From contig NW_024704742.1 of assembly GCF_018977255.1 (NCBI RefSeq), forward strand, positions 80,292,001 through 80,356,000: 64,000 nucleotides of DNA, given 5' to 3'. The position numbers and the translations under genes were made by a program. A model generated the notes under the pieces. It worked only from the letters and a program-made list of their open reading frames with translations. It did not search any database and was not told where the DNA came from. This document shows positions 21,195-35,422 of this stretch, piece by piece (the first letter of the stretch is position 1; each line of letters starts with the position of its first letter). The DNA is from Callorhinchus milii (Eukaryota).

Positions 21195-23283
21195 ACCATG
21201 GTACACCAGCCACTTCCGCTCCCTTAAATTACAGATGCATGCTGCTGAACACACCTGACTTAAATCAAACTTAACGGTCCATCGACAGATCTGGCTGGAC
21301 CTTATCAAATCTTACTGTTCCGCCCTCGCCTCCGCTAAATCGAGGTTCTACTCCAAGACAATCTTGGAGGCCAATGACAACCACAGGCTCCTCTTCTCCA
21401 TTACCAGGCTACTCCGCCCACCATCCCACGCCTCGCCCATCTTCACCTCCAATGCCAACTGCAAGGTGAAGCTGGACTTCCTTGCATCCAAAGTCAAGGG
21501 GATCCACTCAGCTCCCTCTGCCTTTCCATCTACTATCCTCTCCCCATCTCACGCTCACATCCCCTACCCATCCATACCTTCGAACCTGTCTCCCACTTGT
21601 CTCTCACAATAACTATAACTCGCATGAAACTGACCACCTGCTCCCTCGACCCCATCCCTACATCTCTTCTTACCTCCCAGCTCCAACTCCTTGTCCCTGT
21701 ACCTGCAGACATCATAAACCTCTCCCTGTCCACTGGCACCATACCCACCCGTTTGAACACAGCCGTCATCTCTCCTATCCTTAAAAAACCTTCCCTGGAC
21801 CATTCCTGCTCTCAAACTACCACCCCGTCTCAACCTCCCTTACCTCTCTAAGTTCCTAGAATGAGTCATTGTTTCCCAGCTTCGCTCCTTCCTGTCCCAC
21901 CACTCCCTTCACAAATCCATCCAATCGGGTTTCCATGTCACCCACAGCACAGAAACAGCTCTGGTCAAAATGACAAATGACATTCTGTCCATCTGCGACC
22001 AGGGTTCCATCTGCCTCCTCGTCCTCCTTGATCTCTCTGCTGCCTTCGACACTGTGGACCACTCTATCCTCATCCATCACCTCTCCACTCACCTCAACCT
22101 TCATGGAACAGGTCGTACCTCTCACACCACCTTCATTTCATCTCCACAAATAGTTTCTTCTGTAGCCCCCGCACGGTCACATATGGTGTTCCTCAGCGCT
22201 CTGTCCTTGATGAGAGCTAACTTTCTTCAGTTGAACATCAACAAGACCAAGGCCCTTCTGATTGGCTCCTGTCAGCACCTCCACACCTCAGGCGCTGACA
22301 ATATCACCATCCATGGTTGCACACGCCATATTTCTAAGCCAGTCCAGAATCTTGGGGTCTCATGACCCGCTCTGCCTTCCCCCACCTCCACAACATCGAC
22401 CATCTCTGCCACTGTCTCCCACTGCGGGCCACCGAAACCCTCACACGTGCATTCATAACACCAAGGCTCGACTAGGCAAACTTCTTGCTTGTTGGTCTCT
22501 CCAACTCCTCCCTCCATAGGCTGCACCAGGCTCCGTGAGCCTATCACCCCCATCTTCGCTCGACTCCACTGGCTTCCCATCAGACATAGGCTACAGTTCA
22601 AAATCCTGGTCCTCATCTTCAAAATAAATAATGATAATCCTTGCATTTGATATAGCGCTTTTCACGTCGGGAGGATGTCCCAAAGTGCTTCACAGAACAC
22701 ACTGTAAAGTGAATTGACTGTATATTTGTGGGTGAACGCGGCAGCCAATTGTGCACAGCAATGTCCCACAAACAGTCGTAGATTGAAGATGAACAATTTA
22801 TTATTGTTTTTGGTTTTGGAGGGATTATTATTAGGCTCTGTGTGGAGTAAGGAAAGTTGCCCAAGGTTTCGCCCTCTGCCTGGAATTGAACTCAGGTCTC
22901 TCGCTTGCAAAGCGAGTGCTCTAACCACTGAGCTACAGGACTCCGAAACCCTCCATGACCTCTACCAACCTGTCTGGTCTCTCCGCTCAGCGGGCTCCGG
23001 CCTACTTAATGTCCCCCGCCTCGTCCACCCCACCATTGGCGGGTCGGCCTTCAGCCACTCTGCCCCCACCCTCTGGAACTCCATCCCACAGTCCCTCTAC
23101 CTCGCCCCCTCCCTTGCCTCCTTCAAGACCCATCTCAAGACCCTCCTCTTCGACCCCCTGCCCTCCATCCTCCCCAATCCCGACCCCCAGCTCGGGTCCG
23201 AAGCACTGACTGTCCAGGGGCTAGGGTCATTCTCCCGACATGAAAGTCACTATACAAATGTAATTTTGTTGTTATTGTTGTAA
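21195..23283 (+). mobile_element. Decayed L2 LINE interrupted by a SINE
   Basis: [50 protein letters not shown]2 tail. Confidence 0.9.
22624..22944 (-). mobile_element. tRNA(Ala)-headed SINE inserted into L2
   Basis: Full head, body and tail on the minus strand; the L2 frame (ILVLIFK|TLHDL) resumes across it. Confidence 0.92.
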
Positions 23284-25734
23284 TTTTACTCATGGATGGA
23301 GAATGGAATTATATTGTATGGGGCAAAGTCTTGGAAATGTGATTAAAATATTTGCCATGTTTCGCTAAGTTGCCAGCACAAACTTGATGGGTTGAGTGGC
23401 ATTCTCTTGTTGCTTTTACATTGGAACATCTTGTTAGTTCCATGAGCAAAGAACACGTAAATGTTCAAATGTAAAGAATTAAAAATTCTAGAAAATCAAA
23501 AGTAGGAAACAAAGCACAGAAAGCATACGGTGAAATGAAATACTAGGAAAGGAATACTGAAATATGAAGAAATAACGAAGGCAGAACAGAAAAAGTAAGG
23601 ATATAAAATAGGGTGCAAACTATATTAAAACATATTATGGAATATATTTTGGTGATATCAATAGATTCTGGTCTCATTTTTGTCCATTGCTATTTTTGAT
23701 ATCGCAGCCATCACTTCAGAAAACATATGTTTGTTAATATTGACTGCTTTTCTGACGTCCAGTGTTTCTTCTCTCTGCCATTACTGATTTTATTGCATTT
23801 GGGCTTCCATCAGATCCCAGAAGACAATGTTCCTCGGCTTCCTCTCTGAAGTTTGCACTCTGAGTGTCAGAGTCTCATTACCCACAGTTAAGTGTCACGT
23901 TGATGACACCAGGCCTCGGAGAAACAAATGTGCTCTTTGACTTTCATCTCTCAGTTGTCTTCTATTAGAGACCTGTGTATATTCTGCAAGGTTTTGTTTT
24001 AATCAACCCTGTGTCACTCATATAAGATGGTAACACATGATTTGCTACAAGCTTTATCACATCAAAATGTCTCACCCAATGAGATGTTTTAAAGTGCAAT
24101 GGCTCCTGCGCTTGCTCTCCCTACTGAACTCTTCAGAGATCAATTAGTTTGAATATGGCAAGCTGATTTTTCATCATAAATTGTAGAGTATGGAATTATT
24201 TTCAAACATATTTTACTCTTTTAATATTGTTTTTAGGCACGATCTGCTGAGGAGGAGAAAAAAGTCATGTTCTCACTGGCCCACAATTTGAGAGAGAATG
24301 AAAAGAGAGAGGAAATGAAAAGAAAAAGAAATATTGAAATAGCAGTAACAATAAGAGACACAAGAAGCGAGGTTAGGAGGAAACTGAGGGAATGTGGAAT
24401 TCATTGCTGGAACCTGTGAATGATGCAAAAATCATGTATTTAAGAGAAAACTTGATGCTTACATAAGAAAGAAATAGAGGAGTACAGGAGGGGTGGAAGT
24501 TTAAATTATGTATGAACACCAGCATCAACTAGTTGGGCCAAATGTTAATTTCTGTGCTGGATCATTTTATATAAAGTCATTCACTAATAATGGTGTGAAG
24601 GCTAAGACGGTGGTTCGAAATGCACTGAAATCTATAATATTTCATATTACTATCACATTCCTTCTGATAGGATGTCAAGGAACACAATCTGACACATTGC
24701 AGATTTCACCTCATAAAGAGTCAAAGCCTCAAATTATGTTATTGCATTAAAAAGAATTCTCAAGGAAGAATTGCAACCAAAACATGTAACATCCTTCGGA
24801 CACTGACACTGATGTGCATTTGCATAATTTTCTGTTTGTTATTTCACGTACTGTGCAGGCTGCTTTTTAAACATTTCACAATGATTCATAGCTCACTTAA
24901 TAAAGACTTTAGTTGATTGGGTTTTGAAGTGCACCCAGGCTCTTTTGAGTGAATTCTGAGTTATTTAACGCAGATTGTGTGGTGTGTAACAGATTAACAT
25001 TGAATTCACGAGTGTCAGACTTTATGGGCTATACTGAAAACAACGAGGCTGAGCTAGCATTATGGGGAAAGCAAATAAAGTATGTACTTATGCATTATGC
25101 ATTACGTGAAGCCTACAAGATTATTTTTGAAGTATGCTTCAGGGATTTTCAATACATTACCTGTTTCTTGCAGACTAAAGAATTTCAAATGCAGTCATAC
25201 TATAACCACAATCATTAATCACGAGACTTCTAATTATGGCAGTAAATGGGGAATTTGTCTCTTTCTCTCATAAACACATGGATCTGAATTGGAAACAATC
25301 TGTTCGGCCAAAGCTGCATTTCATTTTGTGTCAGTAAGGATTTGACTGGGCCTCTTAGCTCTAGATATGTTCCTTGGAATGGGAATATGTTACTTGTGTT
25401 CATGGTAAACACATTTAAAGTGACCAGTATCACTGAATATGAATCTAGGTTTGGAACCATTGATCTTTATCAACTTAGACACATTTGTACAGAGGAGTGC
25501 TGATGGTGTCCACATAATAATATTCAATCTGATGTAGTGCCTTTCACGTGGTATGACAGAGGATACTCTGTGAAGTGTAGTGACTGCGTTTCCTAGATGA
25601 ATATTTATCAAAAAGTTAGTGATGTGGATTCTCAATGGAATGTACTAACAACAACAATTTACATATGTCAATTTGTGTCAGGAGGACATAAGCACTAAGC
25701 CTGAGCTGGAGGAAATGTGTGTGTGTGTATGGGG

Positions 25735-26290
25735 AACAACAACAACTTGTATTTATATAGCGCCCTTCATGCCAGGTGGCATCTCAGAGTGCTTAACAAT
25801 GGTGGAGGACAAGGCCGAGCGGGATGGGAGGGGAAAGGTGACCAGAGGCGCGGTTGAAAAGGAAGATCTTCAGGAGCGACCTGAAGATGGGGAAGGAGGG
25901 GGCAAGGCGAAGGGTTTGAGGGAGGGAGTTCCAAAGTTTTGGGACGTAGTGGCTGAAGGCACCGCCACTGATGGTGGAGCGGAGGATTCGGGGGACTCGG
26001 AGGAGGCTAGACACAGTAGAGTGGAGGCAGCGGGTAGTGCTGTGGGGAGAGAGGAGGTAGAGAGATGGGGAGGTGCCAAGGAATGGAAGGATTTAAACAC
26101 TAGAATGAGGACCTTGAAGTTGATCCGCTCTGTGGCAGAGAGCCAGTGAGTTTGGCAAGAACTGGGGTAATCGGGGTATGGAGTTTGATTTGGATGAGAG
26201 TGTGGGGCATGGAGTTTTGAATGAGCTGGATTTTGTGAATAGTGAATGAGGGGAACTGAGTAAGGGAGAAGAAAGGTGATCAAAAGCCCT
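25735..26290 (-). mobile_element. L2 LINE 3' fragment
   Basis: HWLSATERINFKVLIL; AFSHYVPKLWNSLP; tail. Confidence 0.85.
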
Positions 26291-26579
26291 GTTTGCCCAC
26301 AAAATACGTAGTTGCTAGACTTTACAATAGATTCCATGAAGCACTCGAGACATCCTTCTGATTGGCAAGGTGTTATATCAAATATATATTTTTTAGCATG
26401 GACAAAGAGATAATGGGGAAAGGCAGTGAAAGCATTTGAAAGAGGATACAAATCTTGAAATTATTCCACTGAGATGTGAATCATTGGAGCTGAGCAAGAA
26501 TGGGGCTGATGGGCTTGCAGAGCCTGGTGTAGGAGAGGATATGGCATACAGAATCTTTTATAGTCTATGCAGTTGTAGG

Positions 26580-26905
26580 TGAATGAAGCAGCCAATTTGC
26601 ACACAGCATTGTCCCAGAAATTGTAAAGGTGTAAATGATCAATTTAACTGCAGGATTATCGCCCAAGAAACCAAAGAAACTCCCGTCTCTTTTTGAAAAG
26701 TGTGATGGGATCTTTAACATGCACCTGAATAGGTAGATGGGATCTCAGTTTAACTACTCAAGTGAATGACAGTACTTCCGACAATGCAACACTTTCCGGA
26801 GGTGTCTAAGTGTCATCTTAGTTGATGAGCTCCAAGTCCTTGATGCAGGATTTGAATCCACAACCTTCTGTCGCAAAAGCAAGAGTGCTAGCAAATGAGC
26901 CTAAC
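26580..26905 (-). mobile_element. DeuSINE copy
   Basis: Minus strand cagaaggttgtggattcaaatcc head remnant and aaagatccc Deu domain. Confidence 0.65.
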
Positions 26906-28043
26906 ATACCCTGTGGAGTACATGTCCCCTTAAAACAAATAAAGCAGCAATATTGCTGGTGCAGGTCAAATTTACCCAGACTTCAATATGCAGGTGTTAC
27001 GTTTGCTGAAGATCTCTGTAAATTGTCAAAAGAGAAAATTCTGAATCCTGATCAAGAGTTCATGGCAAGCTCTGCCTTTACGTTGACTGAACAATAAGAT
27101 TGTGCATTCTTGGGAGGTGAGGTCTTCGCAGCCTGACATCTATCTATCTATCTATTTTGAAGATATCAATAAACCTTTCCAGTAATCTTGCAATCGGTGC
27201 AAGGTATACCTGATGACTGATCTGCAGTGGGGTCAAGAGTCTTATCAACAAACTTTCAATATCCATATAAATTACATTTTATTTAAATCAGCAAGGCCAT
27301 GACAGAACTAAATGGTCTCTGTAAAATAGAATTGCCAGGAGGTAAATTCTTTATTGGGAAACACTAACTTAAAATCCATTTCACCATGTCAATTTGTATT
27401 CTTGAGCTGAGCAAACAATTATTGTTATCAAAATTCAGCATCTTTTCAAAATTGCATCAGGCTTTTTTGTTATTTCCAATGAATTGAATAAGAACAGTCT
27501 GGTTTTGTGTAAACAATTTAAAGATGTTGAAAGTCTGTTTACCATTTATTCTCAACAGGCTCCATTGGCTCCCTAAACCCATATGGATTATTCATGATCT
27601 TTTCATTCTAACCTTCAAATACTTCCATGCCCTTTCCCTTCCACATCTCCATGATCTCCTTTTGCTCTACTTTCCCACTCACTCCCTCCAGACATTATTC
27701 TTATCTCCTTCCCCATGTGCCACATCATTAATTGGGCCACCCACCTTGCCTACCTTTCTGGAAAGCTCTCTTTAAGCCCTCCATTTCAGCCCTCTGTCCC
27801 TGCTTGAAAATTCCATCTAAAAAATTATCTTTTTGATTGTACCTTTTGCTGTCCCCGTCCTATCTCCCCAATTTCCCCACATATGTAGATTTCTATTCTG
27901 ATCATATCTACACCCATATCAAAACCACATGCCCATTATTCCATTACTCACCAGGCTCTCATCAACTTGAAAGTTTGCAAAGGCAATAACAAAATTATAT
28001 TTATGTAGTGCCTTTCACATTGAAAGGACATCCCAAGTCCTGT

Positions 28044-28363
28044 AGTCCTGTAGCTCAGTGGTTAGAGCACTCGCTTTGCAGGCGAAACGCCTGGGTTCAA
28101 TTCCAGGCAGGGCGAAACCTTGGGCAAGTTTCCTTACTCCACACGCCTGATAATAATCCCTCCAAAACAAAAAACAATAATAAATTGTTCATTTTCAATC
28201 CACGACTCTTTGTGGGACACTGCTGTGAGCAATTGGCTGCCACATTTTGCCCACAAATATACTGTCAATTCACTTTACAGGATATTCTGTGAAGCGCTTT
28301 GAGACATCTCGAAGACATGAAAAGTGCTATATCAAATGCAAGGATTATTATAATTATTATTAT
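28044..28363 (+). mobile_element. tRNA(Ala)-headed SINE
   Basis: Same head, body and tail as 14-316. Confidence 0.9.
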
Positions 28364-29829
28364 CCCACTCCTCTGCCCATCCCCTTTGCTCAGCTAAAAC
28401 AAGCCTGCTCTGTGCACCCACCCTCCCTCGCCCAAACTCACTCGCCCCCACCCCCTCCTTAGTGGCTGAGCCTTAGCCACTCTGCCTTTAATCTCTGGAA
28501 CTCCCTGTCTATCTCCTCAGCCTGTTTATCTATCTTTAAAGTCCACCTGAATTAATTTTAGTCCAGAGAACAAAAAGTATTCAAAATTCATGAGGGAATT
28601 GAACAGAATAGGGTGCAACTAATTAAGCCCAATGGTGTAAATTGAGATTCAGGATTTGAACTACTTTTTTGTCTCTTTCCTGTCCCAGTGCTGAATTTAT
28701 TTCATTGTACTCTTGACCTGTTCTGCTGAATCAGGAACCTGCCCATTATCATTCTGAGTGAATGAACAGAGTCAGCACTTATCAAAATTTATGACACTTT
28801 ATTGTGTCTGTTCACAATTCTCAGTATGAGTTGTGCCCTTTGTTCCATTTAGCTTCTATTTTTTCAAGCATCGAATAACTTCCACTGTCTCCTTTTGGAA
28901 TCGTGCTCCCCACTTATCTGCTTTGATTCTGGTGAGAATTACATTAGCAGCAGAACAATGTGGAGTGAGAAGGTTGATTTACATTTATATTTATGTTGCA
29001 TTGAATTGAATCCTTGAAAATCAGCCACCTGATTTATGTCTTATCCGCAGAATTGCAAAATTTAGTTTTGTTTTGTGTGATAATATAAAATAAGTGGCTA
29101 TTTGATTGGCTGTTTAATAACATTAACTAATAGACCATTAAAGTCAATGCTGAGTGCTTTCAATGGACCATTGGAAGAGCGAGTTCAGGTTGATTCATAC
29201 CCACGGTGTATGAAGCACATCCCCAGATGGTACAGCAACAGGTAATGAACTTTACCCCACACAAACTTTGTGCTCCATCTGACTGGTGAATTCTTGTGGC
29301 AAAAAGCACTGAGTTTGAAAATCAACTCGTGCATTGATGAGCACAAACGGGGAGAGATAAAAAATCAATTGCAATTCAGTGCTGTGAGCTCCATTCCGTG
29401 ATATGATTTATTGCTTACAGTTCGCTCTTGATACTCCTAATTTAGTTCTTTTATAATAAATGCTAATAATGTCCCTTGCATTATTGATAAAATAGACCGT
29501 AATTCTGGACTAATTCTTGCCATCTGTTGGGAAGATTAAGTGCATTAGTTGCTTTTTGCGTCATTCAGTGATACCTGAGTGAGTGTCCATAGAGCCAAGC
29601 TAACCTTCCACCACATCACTTCTTACTTTTTCTCAAATTTGTCTTTTTCTTAGATATGTTTAACACCTGTAAGAAGTGTGTCTGACTGTAAATTTCTGTG
29701 ATTCCATTAACATTCCTCAATGATCTTTTAATATTTTTGTTCGGTTCCATTTCAGTTTGTTTTTTCCTTTTTTATCCTTGTTTCTCTGTGTAATTTACTG
29801 ACCTGAAACCAATCAATAATTATTGACTG

Positions 29830-30642
29830 TGTTAGAAAATAAAATCAGCCAAATCTGCAAGGAAATAACGCTAATTCCTCTAACCAGATATCAGACTGTT
29901 TTATTATAATTCGTTCGTTATTCCCCAATATCCCGATGGGTCAGACCAAAGGCCGGTACAATCAACAGATCTTATAACAGAATAACACCACTATAGATAT
30001 CTCGAGTTCAAGAGTTCAACACTGTGTCTTTCCAGCACACAAGCTTGATTCTTCATGCTTTCAGTCTTCTTGCTTACAGCTTTCAATCTTCCATCTGATA
30101 TCCTCAGTCTTAGTGTTTCCAGCTCTCAGTCTTCCATCTCCGTACCCTTATCTCCACAGCCCGGGATGGCCCCATCTCCCGTATCCTTGTCTCCGCGACC
30201 CGGGATGGCTCCATCTCCCGTATCCTTGTCTCCGCGACCCAGGACGGCCCCATCTCCCGTATCCTTGTTTCCACGACCCGGGATGGCTCCATCTCCCGTA
30301 TCCTTGTCTCCGCGACCCGGGATGGCTCCATCTCCCATATCCTTGTCTCCACGACCCGGGACGGCCCCGTACACAAAGTTATCGGAACTCTTATACCAAT
30401 GTTCGTCCAATCATGGTGTGGACATTAGATCACCTGTCGAAATCATGCCGGGTTCACATGAACATCTCACGGGGTGTACGTGCCTCACACACACAAACAC
30501 ACTGTCCTTGAGACAGTCCGTTATCTCGTGTACGTGTAGGGAGTTTCAGTCCAACTGCCCACAACACACTTAACTTAAAAGTTAACCCGTTCGCAACATC
30601 TATTATGATTCCAACATTATACAAAAAGTGTAAATTCTAACA
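29830..30642 (-). mobile_element. Solo LTR (ERV or Gypsy type)
   Basis: TGTTAGAA...TTCTAACA 8-bp terminal inverted repeat; flanks ACTG/ACCG (4-bp TSD with one CpG transition); minus-strand TATAA at 30391-30395 and AATAAA at 29900-29905. Confidence 0.8.
30133..30368. repeat. 39-bp tandem minisatellite, about 6 copies, inside the LTR
   Basis: Unit ccatctcccgtatccttgtctccgcgacccgggatggct, head-to-tail with no spacers. Confidence 0.95.
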
Positions 30643-31199
30643 ACCGATATCCTGCCTTTTCACAGAAATTTCAGTGTGATATCAAATATCATAAATTCCT
30701 TCCCAACCGATTTTTAAAAATAAATGACTATAGTTCAAATGAAAATATAATGCACAACAGGAGCTTGAGGATTTTTTCTCAGTCAACGTGAAGTTAATAA
30801 ATATCAAGAAAGGATTATAAGGCTATCATTTCATTGAACAATATGATCTAACCATCCTCTACAGCTAGAGTATGAGCTAAGGCTACAAAGCAAGCTGTCA
30901 ACTGTCCAGGACTTTGAGATGTCCTCCCAATGTGAAAGATGCTATATAAATGCAATTTGTTGTTGTTGTTGAATGAACTTTCAGAAATTACAATGGGCCA
31001 GAGTTGGGTCTGTGCAGTGAGCCAAAATGGAGATGTGGAAGAGCACTGCTTCAAGGAAGGGCAGGTTTGAGCTGCTGTTTCTTCAACTGAAAAGCTTGCA
31101 AGTCTTCTCTAGGTCAGGGAGGTCATCTTGGATCATCATGGGACCTCTAAAATAGATAGATTTGTAAGTATCATCTGTGGCACTCGCTGCTTCAACTTA

Positions 31200-31492
31200 A
31201 AGCACTCGCTTTGCAAGTAAGAGACCTGAGTTCAATTCCAGGCAGGGCGAAACCTTGGGCAAGTTTCCTTACTAATAATAATCCCTCCAAAAAACCAAAA
31301 ACAAAAATAAATTGGTCATTTTCAATCCATGACTGTTTGTGGGACATTGCTGTGCGCAATTGGCTGCCGCGTTCGCCTACAAATATACAGTCCATTCACT
31401 TTACAGTATATTCTGTGAAGCGCTTTGGGACGTCTAAAAGACATGAAAAGCGCTATATCAAATGCAAGGATTATTATTATTATTATTATTAT
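31200..31492 (+). mobile_element. tRNA(Ala)-headed SINE, 5' end clipped
   Basis: Family body and tail with (tat)n end. Confidence 0.88.
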
Positions 31493-32047
31493 TGTTGGGG
31501 TTGAAGAAAAAACACATGAATGTATCCCAGAGGAAATATGATGCATATATGAGAGTGAAGGTAATGGAGGAAGGGTATGGGTGAAGAGGAGATTTGGAGT
31601 TTCAGAGCATAAACACTGGCTGGGACTATTTGGGCTAATTTGGTCTGCTCCTGTGGAGTTCTTGTGATGTAACATTCTGTGTAAATCCCATTACTCAGCC
31701 ATGATGTACTGCCATTTAATGGCAGAATTAACTGTCAGTCAATCTGTGTCACAATTAATGATTTCTATGGATATGTACACAAGAGAACATAAGTTGTAAA
31801 GGGCAATTTCAGGACTTACATTAGGACGTTTTTCTTTACCCAGAGGGCAATTACTGACTGGAACAGGTTGCCATGAAGGGTGGTTGAGGCCATAACACTG
31901 GACTCATTTATAAAGGAAATTGATATTATGATGGGAGGATATTATATATATGTACATATTATATATGATATTATAATGGTAGGTGCTCTGGATCAATGAA
32001 ATCAGATGGGCCAATGAGCCTTCTTCATTTGAACACCTTTTCACTGC

Positions 32048-33745
32048 AACAACAACAAAATGACATTTGTATAGCGCCTTTCACATCGGAAGAACATCCC
32101 AAGGTGTTGGACAGTCAGTGTTTCGGACCCGAGCTGGGGGTTGGGATCGGGAAGGGTGGAGGGCAGGGAGGTGAAGGAGGGTGACCGAATGCATGGTCAA
32201 AGAAGAGGGTCCTGCGACGAGTCTTGAAGGAGGCAAGGGAGAGGGCAAAGCAGAAGGACTGTGGGTGGAGGCAGAATGACTGAAGGCTCGCATGCCAATG
32301 GTGGGGCGGGTGATTTGGGCAAATTGTAGCAGGCCGGAGCCCGCTAAGTGGAGGGAGCGGGTAGGTTGGTAAGGGGTTAGAAAGTTGCAGAGGTAGGAGG
32401 GAGCAAGGCTATTGAGGGCTTTGAATATCAGGACCAGGATCTCGAAATGTATCTTTTGTGTGAGGGGAAGCCATTGGAATCGGGTGAAAATGGGGTTAAT
32501 AAAGTCATGGAGCCTGGTGTGGGAGAGGACACGGGCTGCAGAATTCTTGGTGATCTGCAGCCTATGGAGGGAGGAGTTGGGGAGGCCGACAAGCAAGGAG
32601 ATTGCATAGTCAAGCCTGGATGCTTGTAGACGGCCTGCGTTGTAAGACAGTAGCGTAGCTGGACGATGCTGCGGAGGTGGGGAAGGCAGAGAGGGTCATG
32701 GCATGGATGTGTGGTAGAAAGGATAGTTGAAGGTTAAACAAGATGCCATGGTTCCAGACTGGCTTAGTAAGGTGGATTGTTCATCGTTGTATGTGATGCT
32801 GCCAGTACCTGAGGTGAGGAGACGCTGATGGGAGCCAATCAAAAGAGCCTCGGTCTTGTTGACGTTCAACTGTAGAAAGTTAGCTCTCATCCAGGACTTG
32901 ATGTCTGACAAACATTCTGTCAGGACAGCAGTGGTCCTGGTGTCACGGGTGGAGGCAAAGAGATAGAGTTGACTGTCATCCGCATACATGTGATAATTGA
33001 CCCCATGTCTGCAGATGATGTCACCAGACCGAGCATATAGATATTGAAAAGGAGTGTATCAAGGACAGGGCCAATGGAATTGAGATCAAGGAGGACGAGG
33101 AGGCAGAGGAAGCCGTGGTTGCAGACGGACAAAATGTAATTTGTCACTTTGACCAGGGCTGTTTTTGTGCTGTGGGTGGCACGGAAACCTAATTGTGGGT
33201 TCGTGAAGGGAGTGGCAGGAGAGGAAGGAGTGAAGCTGGGAAGCAACAAATTATTCCAATATGTTGGAAAGAAATGGGAGGTTGGAGATGGAGGGGTAGT
33301 TTGAGAGCAGGGATGGGTCTAGGGAGGATTTTTTAAGGGTAGGAATGATGACATCCATTTTCAAATGGATGAGAACAGTGCCAGTTGACAGGGAGAGTTT
33401 TATGATATCTGTGAGTAAGGGGACAAGCTGAGAGCTAAGAAGCGAGGTAGGTTTGGGTTCGAGGGAGCAGGAGACAGGTACAAAAGTGTGGAGGGAGGAA
33501 TGGGTAAGGGCTGGGGTGTGATGGGGAGATGGGGAGAGTTTAGTGGTCAGAAGGGCAGAAGACGTTGAGCGGATCCCTTTGATTTTGGTTTCAAGGAAGT
33601 GTAGCATCTCCTCGCACTTGGCGTTAGAGGAGAGGATGGGCGAGGCATCAGAGGGTGAGAGGAGGAGCCAATTGGTGATGGAGAAGAGGTGACTGGGATT
33701 GTCCTTGACCTCCAATATTGTCTTGGTGTAGAAGGACGATTTAGT
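32048..33745 (-). mobile_element. Decayed L2 LINE
   Basis: [46 protein letters not shown]. Confidence 0.92.
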
Positions 33746-34227
33746 GAAATCAAAAACAAGGAAGATTTTGATGGAAACGTTGGAGGGAAGGTAAGGTGCT
33801 CATAGGAGCTCTCAGGAGATCTAAACCATAAAAGAGAAGAGAGTTTCTCCCAGTGCCCTTACCAACAATTGTCCAGATAAAATTAAACATTCACTTTGTG
33901 GCACTTCATAGAAGATTAAATGCTCAAATTGGCTGAGGTGTTCCACCTACAAACTACACAGTCACTACAATTTACAGATTATTATTTATTATTATTATTA
34001 TTATTATGAAGCACTTTGAGACATCCTCCTGACATGAAAGACATTACAGTATATTGCAATCAAGAATTATTATTATTGTACCCAGGTATCTACAGGATTT
34101 GCTGCTTATAAATCCTTTCATGAACCTTGGAGATTGGATCCCATTGCATATATTGGCAAATATAAATCACTTATCTGATGTTCCCCTATTCATCTCCTGT
34201 TAACCCTGTGAAAAAAAGCCTGAATGT

Positions 34228-34508
34228 GTAGGGTGGTCCTACCTGGACAAGCACCAGGAAAGATTGCCGGACAGTTCTTTCAATGGCACGCTATGCAGGT
34301 TTAGCTATGCAGGGTCTCCAATCCTCAGCTCTTGCCTACATGCGCCTAATACCTTCCGGAATTAGGTAAGCAGAATGTGTCCCTCCAGGAAGAGAGTGCG
34401 CATTCCATTCCAATAATCTATCTCTGGGATTTCGATGTGTAAGTGGGATGCGTGGAATGTTAAGCATAACAATGGGTTTCTGCAGGTGTCAGACACTTGG
34501 CTGATCCC
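34228..34508 (+). mobile_element. 3' UTR fragment of the long-tail CCHC LINE family
   Basis: Reverse complement of 5080-5420 motifs (cattccattccaa...atctctggg; cagacacttggctga). Confidence 0.7.
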
Positions 34509-35422
34509 CAACATATCCAGTAAATTACACAGTCCTGTGTAATGCCTTGTGAAATGACCTATTTAATGCCTCAAATATTTCCCACACCAGACATTTCTTA
34601 TGGACTCTCTGAATGCAGCTGCAATGGTACTGAATTATTGAAAATTTATGTTATACAATATCTCTCTGTCCACTTTGAGAATTGAAGTAAGATTGTCTGA
34701 ACCATTTCATTTCCATACTAGTTTCTGTCTGATTTGAATTCAATTGAATAATTTTCAATTCCATTTGTAAAAACATTGTTTTGGTTCACTGTTCTCCTGG
34801 TAACCAAAGGCCTTGAACATTGTGAAGGCTTCAAATCCTTGACTATGTATTCATACAAAATGAAATTGTGTATTTGGTTTCAACGATTTATACCTTTTGC
34901 ATCTCTCAGGACTTGTTACCTCATGTACACCTCTTCATTGATAAAACATCTTAACGTGCCTTGCTCTCACACCGCTTCCACTTCATCTCCACAAACGGTT
35001 TCCACACCTTAGGAACTAACAGCATCAGCATTCATGGATGCACACTCCACCTCACTTAGCCAGTCCAAAATCTTGGCGTCTCGTTTGTTGTAAAAGGTGC
35101 TATACAAATGTAATTTTGTTATTGTTGGTGCCTTAGCTAAATCTGCTAATCTTTCAGGATTATCCTAAAGCCAAAGACAACCCAAGGCTCCTCTTTTCTC
35201 CTCCATCCAACCTCTCATGCTCTTTCCATACTCACCTCCAATATTAAATGTATGACAAGGTGTCTAAATTCAAGTGGACTTGCACTGCTACTTCTCGCCC
35301 CACTCAGTTGCTGACACTCTGATCCCTGCCTTCATCATATCCTGGTTCAATTACTCTAATCTACTCATTAGACTCCTCATCTGCTCCCTACACAAGTTGC
35401 AGACCAATAGAATTCCATACTT

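Noticed and set aside
30133..30368. CRISPR-like array, or repetitive protein ORFs (PSPVSLSPRPGMA)n
   Set aside because: Units are head-to-tail with no unique spacers and no cas genes, in a eukaryotic LTR. The frames are open only because the 39-nt unit is a multiple of 3.
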